From an uncultured bacterium (GTDB lineage Bacteria > Chloroflexota > UBA5177 > JANWHV01): DNA of 64,000 nt. The position numbers were made by a program, and so were the translations under genes. Positions 20,073 through 30,906 of this stretch are shown here, one piece after another (within the stretch, counting starts at the first letter, position 1; every line of letters starts with the position of its first letter). The notes beneath the pieces are model-generated. The model worked only from the letters and a program-made list of their open reading frames with translations. It had not been told where the DNA came from and did no database searches. The stretch spans positions 256,001-320,000 of the forward strand of contig CAVSOU010000010.1 of assembly GCA_963729625.1 (NCBI GenBank), in the 5' to 3' direction.

Positions 20073-21269
20073 TCAGATGAACTGCCGCCACACCTGATTC
20101 GCAAGCAGGTATCCTCGGCTTGCCAGGCGAAGATTCCCATCAGCACATTCGACAAGCCCAAGATCACTCAGCCGGTCGATCGTCTCGCGATGTGCATCGA
20201 GCAGGCTGCCCCCAAAGCGACTATCGAACGTGGGCACGTGAACACCCCTCATCAACCGGAGTCCCAACATTATCGCGTCGGAACGCGCTCTGGCCGCGCC
20301 GATGGTTTCGCTCGACGCTGTGGGCAGCGCTCCCATTTTCAGCCTCCGAATGTAGCCCTGGAGACCTCGAATATTCGCGAATCGTATGCCGTCCACGTAG
20401 CTGTGCGCGGAGAGTCCGACGCCAAGGTAGGGCTCGTGCTCCCAGTAGAGCAGGTTGTGCCGGCAGCGGTGCCCGGGCAGGGCCCAGTTTGATATCTCGT
20501 ACTGTATGAGTCCACGGGCGGCAAGCACTTCCTGCGCCAGTTCATACATGTCCGCGGCGTCGTCGTCCGGCGGCAGCACAGTCGCGCCGGACCGCACCTG
20601 ATGGTGCAGCAGTGTTTCAGGCTCAAGAATCAGACCGTATACGGACAGATGGTCGGGCTTCTCATCCAGCACCGTGCGTAGCGTCGCCTCCCAACCGGCG
20701 AGGTCCTGTCCGGGCAGCCCGAAAATCAGGTCGGCACTGACCGAATCGAACCCCGCCGCACGAGCGCTTTTCAGCGTCGCCAATGCTTGCTCCGCATCGT
20801 GGATGCGGTTCAACCGCCTGAGTATCTCGTCGTCAAGCGTCTGGACCCCGACGCTCAGCCGGTTGACGCCCGCGCCACGCAACGCTCTCATGTGCCCAAG
20901 GTCGAGCGTGCCTGGGTTTGCCTCGAGCGTAACTTCCGCATTCGACGCGAGGCGAAATCGCTCTCGGATAGTGCAGAGAATGCGCTCAATGAATGCGACC
21001 GGCAGCCGGCTGGGAGTCCCGCCTCCAAAAAACACGCTGGTCACAAATCGTCGCGGATCGAGCGGGGCGCGCCGTTCGATCTCGTCGATCAGGCAATCCA
21101 CATACGTTCCCATGTGCGCGTCCTCGCCCGCATAGGTTGCGAAGTCGCAGTACGTGCAGCGGTATTGACAAAACGGAATGTGCACGTAAATGCCGAGAAC
21201 CGCGTCGGCTGGCGCCTGAACGCGATCGACATCGGTCGTCGGCGACTCGAGGGTTTCGTTTTCCGCCAA
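20073..21269 (-). CDS. hemW: Radical SAM heme chaperone HemW
   Basis: YVHIPFCQYRCTYCDF, FGGGTPS, YEISNW, HNLLYW. Confidence 0.92.
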   Translation of the reverse strand: MAENETLESPTTDVDRVQAPADAVLGIYVHIPFCQYRCTYCDFATYAGEDAHMGTYVDCLIDEIERRAPLDPRRFVTSVFFGGGTPSRLPVAFIERILCTIRERFRLASNAEVTLEANPGTLDLGHMRALRGAGVNRLSVGVQTLDDEILRRLNRIHDAEQALATLKSARAAGFDSVSADLIFGLPGQDLAGWEATLRTVLDEKPDHLSVYGLILEPETLLHHQVRSGATVLPPDDDAADMYELAQEVLAARGLIQYEISNWALPGHRCRHNLLYWEHEPYLGVGLSAHSYVDGIRFANIRGLQGYIRRLKMGALPTASSETIGAARARSDAIMLGLRLMRGVHVPTFDSRFGGSLLDAHRETIDRLSDLGLVECADGNLRLASRGYLLANQVWRQFI

Positions 21270-21400
21270 TTCACGTTATCCTTCTGAGGCCCGTGCCGGC
21301 AGCCGGTGACTTGCCCCACCTTGAAGGTGCCACACGGCCCGCGGCCGAGCGAATGCGGTTGCTGTGATGTCCCCATACTGCGACTCTGAGGATCGATAGC

Positions 21401-22021
21401 ATGAAAGTCTTGCTGGCCACTTCGAATAGACACAAGATCGCGGAATACAGGCGGCTTTTCGCCGGATCCGACATCACAGTGGTAACACCTGACGAGGTAG
21501 GCGTGACGCCGCCGGCAGTGGCGGAGGATGGAGCAACATTTGGTGCCAATGCGTTCAAGAAGGCTCGCACCCTTGCACTTGCCGCCGCATGGCCTGCATT
21601 GGCGGACGATTCGGGCATCAGCGTCGATGCCCTCGCAGGTGCGCCGGGACTGCGGAGCGCACGATTCGGCTCGCCGCTGCTGGATGACCGGGGGCGTGTG
21701 CAGTATCTCCTTGAGTGCGTCAAGGATGTTCCGCCAGGCCGGCGCTGCGCGCACTATACGTGCGCCCTGGCGCTGGTGCTTGCAGACGGCACGTCGCTTA
21801 CGGCGCAGGGCAGGCTCTACGGCGAGATCGCGCCTGAAGCGAGCTCGGGCACGACAGGCTTCGGCTACGATCCCATTTTCATCGTGCCGCGGACCGGCCG
21901 AACTGTCGCGGACATGACGCCGGAGGCGAAAGACACGATCAGCCACCGTGGTAACGCGGTGAGACGACTACTGAGATACATGGAGCACCGCCGCTCCAAG
22001 CTGGGTACACTGGAACTGTGA
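21401..22021 (+). CDS. rdgB: dITP/XTP pyrophosphatase (HAM1 family)
   Basis: ATSNRHK, ADDSG, GFGYDPIF, SHRG. Confidence 0.96.
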   Translation: MKVLLATSNRHKIAEYRRLFAGSDITVVTPDEVGVTPPAVAEDGATFGANAFKKARTLALAAAWPALADDSGISVDALAGAPGLRSARFGSPLLDDRGRVQYLLECVKDVPPGRRCAHYTCALALVLADGTSLTAQGRLYGEIAPEASSGTTGFGYDPIFIVPRTGRTVADMTPEAKDTISHRGNAVRRLLRYMEHRRSKLGTLEL

Positions 22022-22962
22022 ATATCCCACGCCCGTGGCGGTCGCCTGAGCCAGGCGACCATAAGCGCGTGAGCCTGGCACAAGAAACGCGCGAAATACT
22101 GCATGCGTATCGCGTGCACCCGCGCCAGCAGCTTGGCCAAAACTTCCTCATCGATCGCGAGGCGCTGCAATCCGTGGTAGAGGCAGCTGAGCTGAGTCAT
22201 GGAGATCAGGTGCTTGAAATTGGCCCGGGAATCGGTACGCTCACGATCGCGCTGGCCGAGGCCGGGGCTGATGTCGTCGCTCTCGAGCTGGATCCGGCGA
22301 TGGCTCGCATTGCGGCCGAGCGTGCGGCTCCCTATTGCAACGTGCGCGTCCGCGAAGGAAACGTGCTGCACACGGATATCGCCGACATTCTCGACACTGA
22401 AAAAGCCTACTCAGTGGTCGCAAACATACCCTACTACATTACGGCTCCCATCCTGCGCTACTTCCTCGAAGCTCCCAGAAAGCCCCGTACCCTGGTGCTC
22501 ATGGTGCAGCGCGAGGTTGGAGAACGCCTTGCGGCCGCGCCAGGGAAGATGAGCGCGCTGTCCGTGTTCGCCCAGGTGCACGCGTCGGTGGAGATCGTGC
22601 GCCAGGTGCCGGCGACGTCGTTCATACCTCCGCCCGATGTGGCATCGGCAATCATCCGGCTCAAGCTCCACGTTTCGCCGCCGGTCCCTGAGATGGAGCT
22701 GCCGTATCTGTTCACGGTCGTGAAGGCGGGCTTCAGTGCGAAGCGCAAGATGCTCCATAATGCGCTGGACCGTGGGCTGCCCAACTCGAGCGTGGTCATC
22801 GACAGCGCGCTCCACGCCACCGGTATCGAGCGCACGCGACGGGCTGAGACGCTGAGCCTGAAAGAGTGGCGAGCGCTCGCCACGGCTCTCCGTCTCGACG
22901 TGGCCCATGTGCCAAAGAACGCGAGGCTGGAGAGCGATTCGGCATCGAGCAGGGCCACATGA
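22018..22962 (+). CDS. rsmA: 16S rRNA m6,2A dimethyltransferase
   Basis: LGQNFL, EIGPGIG, ANIPYYIT, RAETLS. Confidence 0.96.
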   Translation: MNIPRPWRSPEPGDHKRVSLAQETREILHAYRVHPRQQLGQNFLIDREALQSVVEAAELSHGDQVLEIGPGIGTLTIALAEAGADVVALELDPAMARIAAERAAPYCNVRVREGNVLHTDIADILDTEKAYSVVANIPYYITAPILRYFLEAPRKPRTLVLMVQREVGERLAAAPGKMSALSVFAQVHASVEIVRQVPATSFIPPPDVASAIIRLKLHVSPPVPEMELPYLFTVVKAGFSAKRKMLHNALDRGLPNSSVVIDSALHATGIERTRRAETLSLKEWRALATALRLDVAHVPKNARLESDSASSRAT

Positions 22963-23615
22963 CCGAGGAATCTATCAAAGGGCCCGCGACCAAGCTGATC
23001 GTCGGACTCGGCAACCCCGGCAAGCGCTACGCCCGGACACGCCACAATGTCGGTTTTATGGTGGTCGATGAGCTGGCCCGCAGGTTGGGGTCGCGGGGCT
23101 GGCGAGAAGAGCGGCTGGCCTCAACGAGTGAAGCATCGTTTGGCGCCATCCTGCTGTATATCGTCAAGCCGCAGACGTTCATGAATCTCAGCGGACAGGC
23201 CGTGATTCGTTGCGCATCGCGAATCGGGGCGAAGCCGGAACACATTCTGGTCGTCAGTGACGATCTCGACCTTCCGTTTGGCCGGCTGCGCCTCCGCCCG
23301 GGAGGCAGCACCGGAGGCCACAACGGCCTTCGCTCGGTCGCGGCCGAGCTGCAGACCGAAGGCTTTCCTCGCCTGCGAGTGGGAATCGGAAGGCCGGATG
23401 AGGGAGACCCGATCGATTACGTGCTGGCGCCGTTCAGCTCGTCTGAGGTGACCGAGCTGCCCAGACTCTGCGCGGCAGCGGTCGATATGATCACCGTTGC
23501 AGTTGAAGCCGGCCTTCTCGTCGCGATGAACCGATTCAACGGACTTGGCAATGCACTCGCACCGGCAACCGGCGCAAACCCACCTGCACCGCCTGTCCCT
23601 GGCCAGTCGGCTTAA
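22959..23615 (+). CDS. pth: Peptidyl-tRNA hydrolase
   Basis: LIVGLGNPG, TRHNVGF, KPQTFMNLSG, GGHNG. Confidence 0.96.
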   Translation: MTEESIKGPATKLIVGLGNPGKRYARTRHNVGFMVVDELARRLGSRGWREERLASTSEASFGAILLYIVKPQTFMNLSGQAVIRCASRIGAKPEHILVVSDDLDLPFGRLRLRPGGSTGGHNGLRSVAAELQTEGFPRLRVGIGRPDEGDPIDYVLAPFSSSEVTELPRLCAAAVDMITVAVEAGLLVAMNRFNGLGNALAPATGANPPAPPVPGQSA

Positions 23616-23628
23616 GTGGAGGCGAGAG

Positions 23629-26600
23629 ATGCCTAGCCCGCCGGCGAACCTGCATCCACTGACGCGACACCTCGCCGGGTCTCAGTCTATGGCCCGGGTA
23701 CTGGACATGCTGCGACAGACCGGCTTGGTTGCCGTTCACGGCGCGCCACGGTCCAGCCAGCCGGCGCTCGCAGCTGTATTGCAATTGGAGACAAGCGCCG
23801 CGAAGGCGAGGCAGGTGCTGCTCATCACCTCCGATCCCGAACAGGCTGCCATCTGGGCGGACGAGATCCGGTACTGGGTAGAGCCAGCCGTCGAGGTGCT
23901 TCCGTTCCCAGCGCTCGAAGCGCTTCCGTACGAGCGTGCCGCTCCCGAGCCCGGGATCGTGCAGCAGCGCCAGGCTGCCTTGGAGGCGCTTTCGGGTGGG
24001 CGACCGGCCGTAGTGGTGGCGCCGGCGCGCGCGCTGCTACAGCCGTTGCAAGAACCGCGCGGCTTCCGATCTCGCACCCAGGTCTTCGAAGCTCGTGCCT
24101 CGATGGCGGTGTCGGCAGTTGCAGCGAACTGGCAATCGCTCGGCTACGTTGTCACGAGGGTCGTGCAGCAGCCTGGTGAATTCTGTCGGCGGGGCGGCAT
24201 TGTAGATGTCTATCCGGCAGACGCGGAATGGCCAGTGCGGATTGAGCTCGCGGGTTCGGAGATCGATTCGCTCCGTCTGTTCGACCCGGCGACGCAGCGA
24301 TCGATCGGGCCGGTCTCAAGTTTCAAGGTGGGCCCCGTACATCCCTTCACGCTACCTGCACAGGAAAGCGTGTTGCGCGACCTCGCGGCTGTCGACCGCT
24401 CCACGTGTCTTCCGCACGTGCGCGCCCGCTGGGATGAAGAGCTGCGATGCCTGAGCGAGGGCAAGCGCTTCGACGGTCTGGAGTTCTACACGCCCTACCT
24501 CACGCAGCCACAGGTGTCAATCCTGAGCTACCTGGCCGACTCAGCAGTGCTGCTACTCGACGACCGTACTGAGCTCGCCCGTACGATGAACGACCTCGTC
24601 CAGCAGGCGCGGGAACTGAGCGATGAGCTGGTGGCACGCGGCGAAATTCCGCCCGGACTGTTGTTCCCGTTGCTCGCGCCAGAGCAGATCTCGGAGGAGA
24701 TCGACGTGCTGCCGCGTCTTGAATGGCGGACTCGCGGTGGCGCGGGGAGCTTCGATCTCGGTACCCACGACTCGCTGCGCACGTCCCCAACCTACGGAGG
24801 CAGCCTCAAACGATTCTTGGAGGACTGCGACGAGTTCCGCAAGCAGGAAGAGCGAGTGATCATTGTCTCGCTGCAGGAGCAGCGTCTTGCCGAGCTGTTG
24901 CGCGAATCCGGCGTGCCCGTGACTGAGCTGGCGACACTCACAGCGCTTCCGGATCGCGGCACTGTCGTAACCGTTCCCGGGCAGCTTCCTGAGGGCTGGC
25001 TTGCACCAGAGGCCCACATCGTCGTGCTCACCGACGCCGAAGTGGCCGGCTGGGTCCGGCCGCGCGCTGCCGCGCGCTTCCACCGGGATGCCGACGAGAA
25101 CCTCGCGCTTGATTTCCTGCCCGGCGACTATGTCGTGCATATCGAGCACGGCATCGGCCGATATCAGGGTGTCGTCAAGATGGGTAGCGGACGCGCTGAG
25201 CGCGAGTACCTCGATTTGCAGTATGCCGGGACCGACCGCCTCTACGTCCCCACCGACCAGCTCGACAGAATCACGAAGTACCGCGGCATGGGTGAGGAGA
25301 CTCCAGCCTTGAGTCGCCTCGGCACACAGGAGTGGACGCGCGCCAAGGCAAAGGCAAAGGAGTCTGTCGACGCCATTGCTCGCGAGCTCCACGATCTTTA
25401 CAACTTCAGAGAGCATGCCGAGGGACACCCATTCACAACCGACGGGCACTGGCAGCGCGAACTCGAGGCGGCTTTCCCGTTCGAGGAGACTGTGGACCAG
25501 GCTCAGGCGATTCTTGACGTCAAGGCGGACATGGAACGGCCGCGGCCGATGGACAGACTGGTGTGCGGAGACGTCGGCTACGGCAAGACCGAAGTGGCTT
25601 TGCGAGCCGCCTTCAAGGCGGTCATGGATGGGAAACAGGTGGCTGTCTTGGTCCCAACCACGGTTCTGGCCCAGCAACACTACAACACCTTCCGCGATCG
25701 CATGCAGGCCTTCCCCGTTCAGGTCGCTGTGCTCAGCCGCTTCCATGCGCGCCGCGAACAGCTCAAGGTCGTCGAGGGGATCGAGCAGGGTAACGTAGAT
25801 ATCGCCATCGGTACTCACCGGCTGTTGCAGAAGGATGTCCAGTTCGCGAAGCTTGGACTGCTGATCATTGATGAGGAGCAGCGCTTCGGCGTCAGGCACA
25901 AGGAACATCTCAAGCAGATGCGTCGCAGCGTGGACGTGTTGACGCTCTCTGCCACGCCAATCCCGCGAAGCCTGCACATGGGCTTGACTCAGGTCAGGGA
26001 CCTCAGCGTCATCGCTACCGCGCCGGAGGGGCGTCTTCCAATCAAGACGTACCTCGAGCCGTTCGACGAGCACCACGTTCGTGATGCGGTCATGCGCGAG
26101 ATGGACCGCGGCGGCCAGGTGTATTTCGTGCATAATCGCGTACAGACGATTGAAGCGATTGCGGAGCGGCTTCGCCACCTCGTGCCCCAAGCCCGTGTCG
26201 CCGTCGCGCACGGACAGATGCGCGACGATGCGCTCGAACGAATCATGTTCGATTTCGCCGACCGCCGTTTCGACGTTCTGGTGTGCAGCACGATCATCGA
26301 AAACGGTCTGGACATCGCTAACGTGAACACTATGATCGTGAATGAGGCCACGCAGTTTGGCCTCTCGCAGCTGTATCAGTTGCGTGGACGCATCGGCCGG
26401 GGAAGCCGCAGAGGCTACGCGTACCTTCTCTACAATTCCAACGTTCCGGTGAGCAGAACCGCGGAGCGCAGGCTCAAGGCTATCTTCGAATCCACTGAAC
26501 TGGGCGCGGGATTCCAGATCGCGCTGAAGGATCTCGAGATCCGTGGCGCCGGCACCATCCTGGGCAGCGCCCAGCATGGCCATTTGGTTGCCGTAGGATT

Positions 26601-27186
26601 CGACCTGTACTGTACCATGCTGGCCGAAGCGGTAAACGAACAGCGCGGTTTGCCTTCGAGCAGCACAGCTGAAAGGACCGCGCCGGTCATCACGCTGCAG
26701 GTCGACGCCTACATCCCACCGGAATACGTGGAGGACGAGAATCAGCGGCTTCGCCTCTATCAACGCCTGGCCGGCCTGTCGTCGGTGGAGGGCGTCGAAG
26801 ACTTGGGGGCCGAGATGCGAGACCGATTCGGGCCACTGCCGGAGCCGGTTCAAGCAACTCTCGCCATAGTGCGCATCCGTATCAAGGCGGAACTCCTTCA
26901 CATTTCGTCCATAGCTGTCGATCCGATGTGGCTCGTTATGCGCGGTTCTCCCAGCACGACGTACGACCGCGTGAGCCTCTATACGCGGTACGGCATGGCC
27001 GCGAGAATCGATCGCGGAAATCTGCGCGTGCCGCGGTCGAAGATCCTGCCAAGCGGGATCGATGCGGCCGAGGAGATCCTCGATCGCGCGGTTGAGGTAT
27101 CGCGAGCGAGCGCCGGCGGCACCATGGTGAGGCCGCCGCAAACAGACCGCCGTCCCGTCTCGGCCGGCCGCGGCTTTCCCGGGTGA
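23629..27186 (+). CDS. mfd: Transcription-repair coupling factor
   Basis: RGGIVD, GDYVVHIEHGIG, GDVGYGKT, DEEQRFG, QLRGRIGR, DLEIRGAG. Confidence 0.98.
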   Translation: MPSPPANLHPLTRHLAGSQSMARVLDMLRQTGLVAVHGAPRSSQPALAAVLQLETSAAKARQVLLITSDPEQAAIWADEIRYWVEPAVEVLPFPALEALPYERAAPEPGIVQQRQAALEALSGGRPAVVVAPARALLQPLQEPRGFRSRTQVFEARASMAVSAVAANWQSLGYVVTRVVQQPGEFCRRGGIVDVYPADAEWPVRIELAGSEIDSLRLFDPATQRSIGPVSSFKVGPVHPFTLPAQESVLRDLAAVDRSTCLPHVRARWDEELRCLSEGKRFDGLEFYTPYLTQPQVSILSYLADSAVLLLDDRTELARTMNDLVQQARELSDELVARGEIPPGLLFPLLAPEQISEEIDVLPRLEWRTRGGAGSFDLGTHDSLRTSPTYGGSLKRFLEDCDEFRKQEERVIIVSLQEQRLAELLRESGVPVTELATLTALPDRGTVVTVPGQLPEGWLAPEAHIVVLTDAEVAGWVRPRAAARFHRDADENLALDFLPGDYVVHIEHGIGRYQGVVKMGSGRAEREYLDLQYAGTDRLYVPTDQLDRITKYRGMGEETPALSRLGTQEWTRAKAKAKESVDAIARELHDLYNFREHAEGHPFTTDGHWQRELEAAFPFEETVDQAQAILDVKADMERPRPMDRLVCGDVGYGKTEVALRAAFKAVMDGKQVAVLVPTTVLAQQHYNTFRDRMQAFPVQVAVLSRFHARREQLKVVEGIEQGNVDIAIGTHRLLQKDVQFAKLGLLIIDEEQRFGVRHKEHLKQMRRSVDVLTLSATPIPRSLHMGLTQVRDLSVIATAPEGRLPIKTYLEPFDEHHVRDAVMREMDRGGQVYFVHNRVQTIEAIAERLRHLVPQARVAVAHGQMRDDALERIMFDFADRRFDVLVCSTIIENGLDIANVNTMIVNEATQFGLSQLYQLRGRIGRGSRRGYAYLLYNSNVPVSRTAERRLKAIFESTELGAGFQIALKDLEIRGAGTILGSAQHGHLVAVGFDLYCTMLAEAVNEQRGLPSSSTAERTAPVITLQVDAYIPPEYVEDENQRLRLYQRLAGLSSVEGVEDLGAEMRDRFGPLPEPVQATLAIVRIRIKAELLHISSIAVDPMWLVMRGSPSTTYDRVSLYTRYGMAARIDRGNLRVPRSKILPSGIDAAEEILDRAVEVSRASAGGTMVRPPQTDRRPVSAGRGFPG

Positions 27187-27323
27187 GTCAACCGAATTCA
27201 GGTCGCGGTGCTGTCCCCGGTTGCCACTCCTCGATGCGGGTATTGCATCTAGACTGAGCATGGTGGTGAGAGCTGCGCAGGCCGCGGCTCGACCGGCGAG
27301 TTGCAATCAGTGCTGGAGTTGAG

Positions 27324-28373
27324 GTGAGTCAGGTGACACACGGCATCGGGGCGCGGAAACGCCCGACTTCGCCAACCGTCCCCTTGAAGCGCGCGGCCAG
27401 TGCCGTCACCACCATCGCGAACGCCCCGAAGGAAGCTAGTGATTCTGGAGCGAATCAGCAGTCGGCGTTGTCCCAGGCCGCTCACGATTTCCTTGTCGAG
27501 CAGCGAGCGCGGCACGGAGGCCACTCCCACAGCTTTCGCGCGCGATCCTCGGACTTGCGTCTACTCGTCGTCTGGGCGGCGAGCCGGAGTATCAGCGAAC
27601 CCGAGCAGTTGACGAGGACGGTCCTTCGCGCCTGGCTCTCAGACCTGCATGAGCTCGGCTACGCCCGAAGCTCAATGGCCCGAATGCTGTCGACGGCACG
27701 CTCATTCATCCGTTTCCGCGAGCTTGGCGGAGCCACAATCGACCGAGCGGCTCTCACGTTGAGCGCGGGGAGGCAGTCGAAGTCTCTCCCCGACGTGTTG
27801 ACAGAACCGCAGGCCGCTCGGCTGATGGATACTCGCGCGAACGATCTGGCAGGTGGTCTCAAGCCACTCCCATTGCGAGACCAAGCGGCCCTCGAGCTGC
27901 TGTACGGCACTGGTATGCGCGCCGCCGAGCTCTGCTCGCTCCGAATGGGTGACGTGGCGCTGGAATCCCGCGAGGTCGTCATCATGGGCAAAGGCTCGAA
28001 GGAGAGGCGCGTGCTGTTTGGTGCGCCCGCTGCGACCGCGGTGCGGGCATACCTTGCCAGCTCCAGACCGCTGCTCGTCGCCAGGGCGCCTGCCCACGAC
28101 ATGCTGCTGGTCAACTGGCGAGGCGGGCCGCTCAGCGTGCGGGGTCTCGCTCTCATCGTGGAAAAGCGAGCACAAGAGACGGGCCTGTCAGGCGGCCTGC
28201 ACCCGCACACCCTGCGGCATTCGTTTGCCACGCATCTGCTGAACGGTGGGGCGGATCTCCGCACAGTCCAGCTCTTGCTCGGGCACGAAAGCCTCGCCAC
28301 CACGCAGAAATACCTCCACGTTGCGGATCCTCGTCTGCACGACCTGTACCATCGTTGCCACCCACGTGCATAA
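27324..28373 (+). CDS. xerC: Tyrosine recombinase XerC/CodV-like
   Basis: Complete catalytic set: TGMRAAEL, GKGSKER, HTLRH, LLGH, TTQKY; xerC-hslV-hslU synteny. Confidence 0.88.
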   Translation: MSQVTHGIGARKRPTSPTVPLKRAASAVTTIANAPKEASDSGANQQSALSQAAHDFLVEQRARHGGHSHSFRARSSDLRLLVVWAASRSISEPEQLTRTVLRAWLSDLHELGYARSSMARMLSTARSFIRFRELGGATIDRAALTLSAGRQSKSLPDVLTEPQAARLMDTRANDLAGGLKPLPLRDQAALELLYGTGMRAAELCSLRMGDVALESREVVIMGKGSKERRVLFGAPAATAVRAYLASSRPLLVARAPAHDMLLVNWRGGPLSVRGLALIVEKRAQETGLSGGLHPHTLRHSFATHLLNGGADLRTVQLLLGHESLATTQKYLHVADPRLHDLYHRCHPRA

Positions 28374-28475
28374 CGTGCGACCTTGGGCCCTGAGCCAAAT
28401 CCCAGGCGATATTCTTGCCGCCGGCACACATGACGTACACTGAGGCTTGGGGCACCTAGAGTGTGACCCCCCAGG

Positions 28476-29021
28476 ATGGCTCAAGTGACTCGATACAGAA
28501 GCACAACGGTTGTCGCCGTCATGCGCAATGGTGTGGCGGCGCTGGCTGGAGACGGACAAGTCACGCATGGCGAGGTTGCGCTAAAGCACAATGCGCGCAA
28601 GATTCATCGAGTGTACAATGATAAGGTGGTGGTTGGGTTTGCCGGATCCGCGGCGGACGGCATCACCCTCGTCGAGCGGCTTGAGGGCCAGCTCGTGCAG
28701 CATGGTGGTCAGCTTCGGAAGGCGGCAGTAGAACTGGCAAAAGATTGGCGAACCGACAAGTACCTCAGACGGCTTGAAGCTGAGGTGGTTGCGGCGACCG
28801 CCGAGGAGTTGCTTGTTGTCACCGGCACCGGCGATGTGATTCAGCCCGATGAAGGCGTGATCGCGATCGGCTCCGGCGGCCCCTACGCATATGCGGCCGC
28901 GACTGCCCTGCTGCAGCACACCGACCTCAGCGCGCCCGAAATCGCGCGGTCGGCGCTGCTCATCGCCGCCTCACTCTGCATTTATACAAACGACCACATT
29001 ATCGTCGAGACCCTGCCGTAA
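28476..29021 (+). CDS. hslV: ATP-dependent protease peptidase subunit HslV
   Basis: STTVVAV (N-terminal Thr after processing), GDGQVT, GFAGS, AIGSGG, CIYTN. Confidence 0.97.
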   Translation: MAQVTRYRSTTVVAVMRNGVAALAGDGQVTHGEVALKHNARKIHRVYNDKVVVGFAGSAADGITLVERLEGQLVQHGGQLRKAAVELAKDWRTDKYLRRLEAEVVAATAEELLVVTGTGDVIQPDEGVIAIGSGGPYAYAAATALLQHTDLSAPEIARSALLIAASLCIYTNDHIIVETLP

Positions 29022-29122
29022 TGTATGTGGTGCGACCCCACCGTTCCCAGTCGATCGCGCGAGCCGTCGCGGCGGGCGATTCAACGCTTGCCGTGCGGAT
29101 TGACATGTAGAGGGAAGCTCCG

Positions 29123-30547
29123 ATGGACGAAAAGAAGCTGGAATCGTTGACACCCAAGCAGATCGTGCTGGAGCTCGACAAGTATATCGTGGGCCAGGAC
29201 AAGGCAAAGCGCGCTCTGGCTATCGCTCTGCGCAATCGTTATCGCCGTCAACTCGTGCCAGCGGAGCTTCGTGACGAGATCACTCCCAAGAACATCCTGA
29301 TGATCGGGCCGACGGGTGTCGGAAAGACCGAGCTGGCGCGGCGAATCGCCAAGCTCGCCGATGCCCCATTCATCAAGGTCGAGGCCACCAAGTTCACCGA
29401 GGTCGGCTACGTTGGGCGCGATGTCGACTCGATCATCCGTGACCTCGTCGAGACCAGTGTCACTATGGTGCATGATTCCCAGGTTGAGGAAGTGCGCGCC
29501 GAGGCAGAAGGCCTGGCAACGGAGAAGCTGATCGGGTACCTCGTCGGCTCGCTGGACGGCGACAGCGCAGAGACAACTCCCCCGAGCTCGGAAAACGGCT
29601 CGAAGCCGACTGAGAAACCCGTCGTCGCCGAAAAAAAGAAGGCCGGTGATCTGGCGCGCGCGCGAAGGCGGCGCAAGTCGGTCGCCAAGATGCTCGCCGA
29701 CCAGAAGCTCGAGGAACACATCGTGGAGATCGAGCTGGAACCCGAAGACTCCGGCTGGCCTGCCATGGAGTTCACGGCCGGATTAGGCGGTGACGATGTC
29801 GGCGAGGCGTTCCAGGACTTCCTCGCGCACATGCAGAGCCAGAGAAAGCGGTCGCGCCAGGTGCCGGTGCGCGAGGCACGGAAACTGCTCATCCAGGAGG
29901 AGTCCAACAAACTGATCGATTGGGATGCGGTAGTGGATCGCGCGGTCGAGAAGGTCGAGCAAGGTGCGATTGTGTTTATCGACGAGATAGACAAGATCGT
30001 CGGGCGAGGAGGCGATACCGGCCCCGATGTATCTGGGGAGGGCGTGCAACGGGACCTCTTGCCGATCGTCGAGGGGTCGCAGGTTACAACCCGATACGGT
30101 TCGGTAAAGACGGAGCACGTCCTGTTTGTGGCTGCCGGCGCGTTCGTGCGCGTGCGTCCGTCGGATCTGATTCCTGAGCTGCAAGGTCGCTTCCCGATCC
30201 GAGTCGAGCTGTCTCGCTTGAGCTTCGACGACTTTGTTGCCATCCTCGCGAAGCCGGACAACGCATTGACAAAGCAATACCAGGCGCTCCTCGCCATCGA
30301 GGGTGTCAATCTCGCATTCACTGAGGAGGGTCTGCGAGAGATGGCGAGATTCGCATGCGATATGAATGAGCGGAATGAGGATATCGGCGCGCGAAGGCTG
30401 CACACCGTGGTGGAGCGGGTGCTGGAGGGCATCAGCTTCGACGCGAACGAGCACTCGGGCGAGGCCGTCGTGGTAGACGCCGAGTATGTCCGATCGCACC
30501 TCGCCGACGTGCTGGCCAGGCCGGATCTCTCGAGGTTCATTCTCTAG
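29123..30547 (+). CDS. hslU: ATP-dependent protease ATPase subunit HslU
   Basis: GPTGVGKT, EATKFTEVGYVG, DEIDK, GARRL. Confidence 0.97.
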   Translation: MDEKKLESLTPKQIVLELDKYIVGQDKAKRALAIALRNRYRRQLVPAELRDEITPKNILMIGPTGVGKTELARRIAKLADAPFIKVEATKFTEVGYVGRDVDSIIRDLVETSVTMVHDSQVEEVRAEAEGLATEKLIGYLVGSLDGDSAETTPPSSENGSKPTEKPVVAEKKKAGDLARARRRRKSVAKMLADQKLEEHIVEIELEPEDSGWPAMEFTAGLGGDDVGEAFQDFLAHMQSQRKRSRQVPVREARKLLIQEESNKLIDWDAVVDRAVEKVEQGAIVFIDEIDKIVGRGGDTGPDVSGEGVQRDLLPIVEGSQVTTRYGSVKTEHVLFVAAGAFVRVRPSDLIPELQGRFPIRVELSRLSFDDFVAILAKPDNALTKQYQALLAIEGVNLAFTEEGLREMARFACDMNERNEDIGARRLHTVVERVLEGISFDANEHSGEAVVVDAEYVRSHLADVLARPDLSRFIL

Positions 30548-30782
30548 ACCGCAGCTCTCGGGGCGCTACCAGCGTATCCGCATGGATCACGGCGACACGG
30601 TTCGACGCGAGCCGGGGCTGCCGGGAGGATGGCCGCACCTGGACTCCGTCGAGCTCCGGCCGGGGGACGGACACGACAACCGTGAGCGAGTACCAGTCGG
30701 TCCCGGCTGGCCAGCAGTCACCAGGTTCAGGCGCGCCCACAACCCTCCGACATTCCAGCAAGTTGCCGGTGCGTGGGACCTT

Positions 30783-30906
30783 TGCTAAACTCTATAACTG
30801 GCTCCAAATACACACGAGAGCTGACTGCACGGTGGTGGCTTCGTAGAAGCTATGCGTGCGGAAGGACGCTCTCGGAGGAAACAACCACAAGAAGGGTCGT
30901 ACCCAC
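30783..30906 (+). promoter_or_regulatory. rpsB extended -10 promoter and structured leader (S2 autoregulation type)
   Basis: TGcTAAACT at 30783-30791; ACACACG then stem CGAGAGC (30815-21)/GCTCTCG (30868-74) followed by GAGGAAAC. Confidence 0.6.

Noticed and set aside
21271-21400. Structured leader between hemW and rdgB
   Set aside because: Only short GC-rich stems, expected by chance; no known motif.
24553-27306. 917-aa minus-strand ORF opposite mfd (likewise 4362-5636, 29407-30540, 36772-37869, 43268-44686)
   Set aside because: Antisense shadow frames of highly conserved genes in GC-rich DNA; no motifs or RBS.
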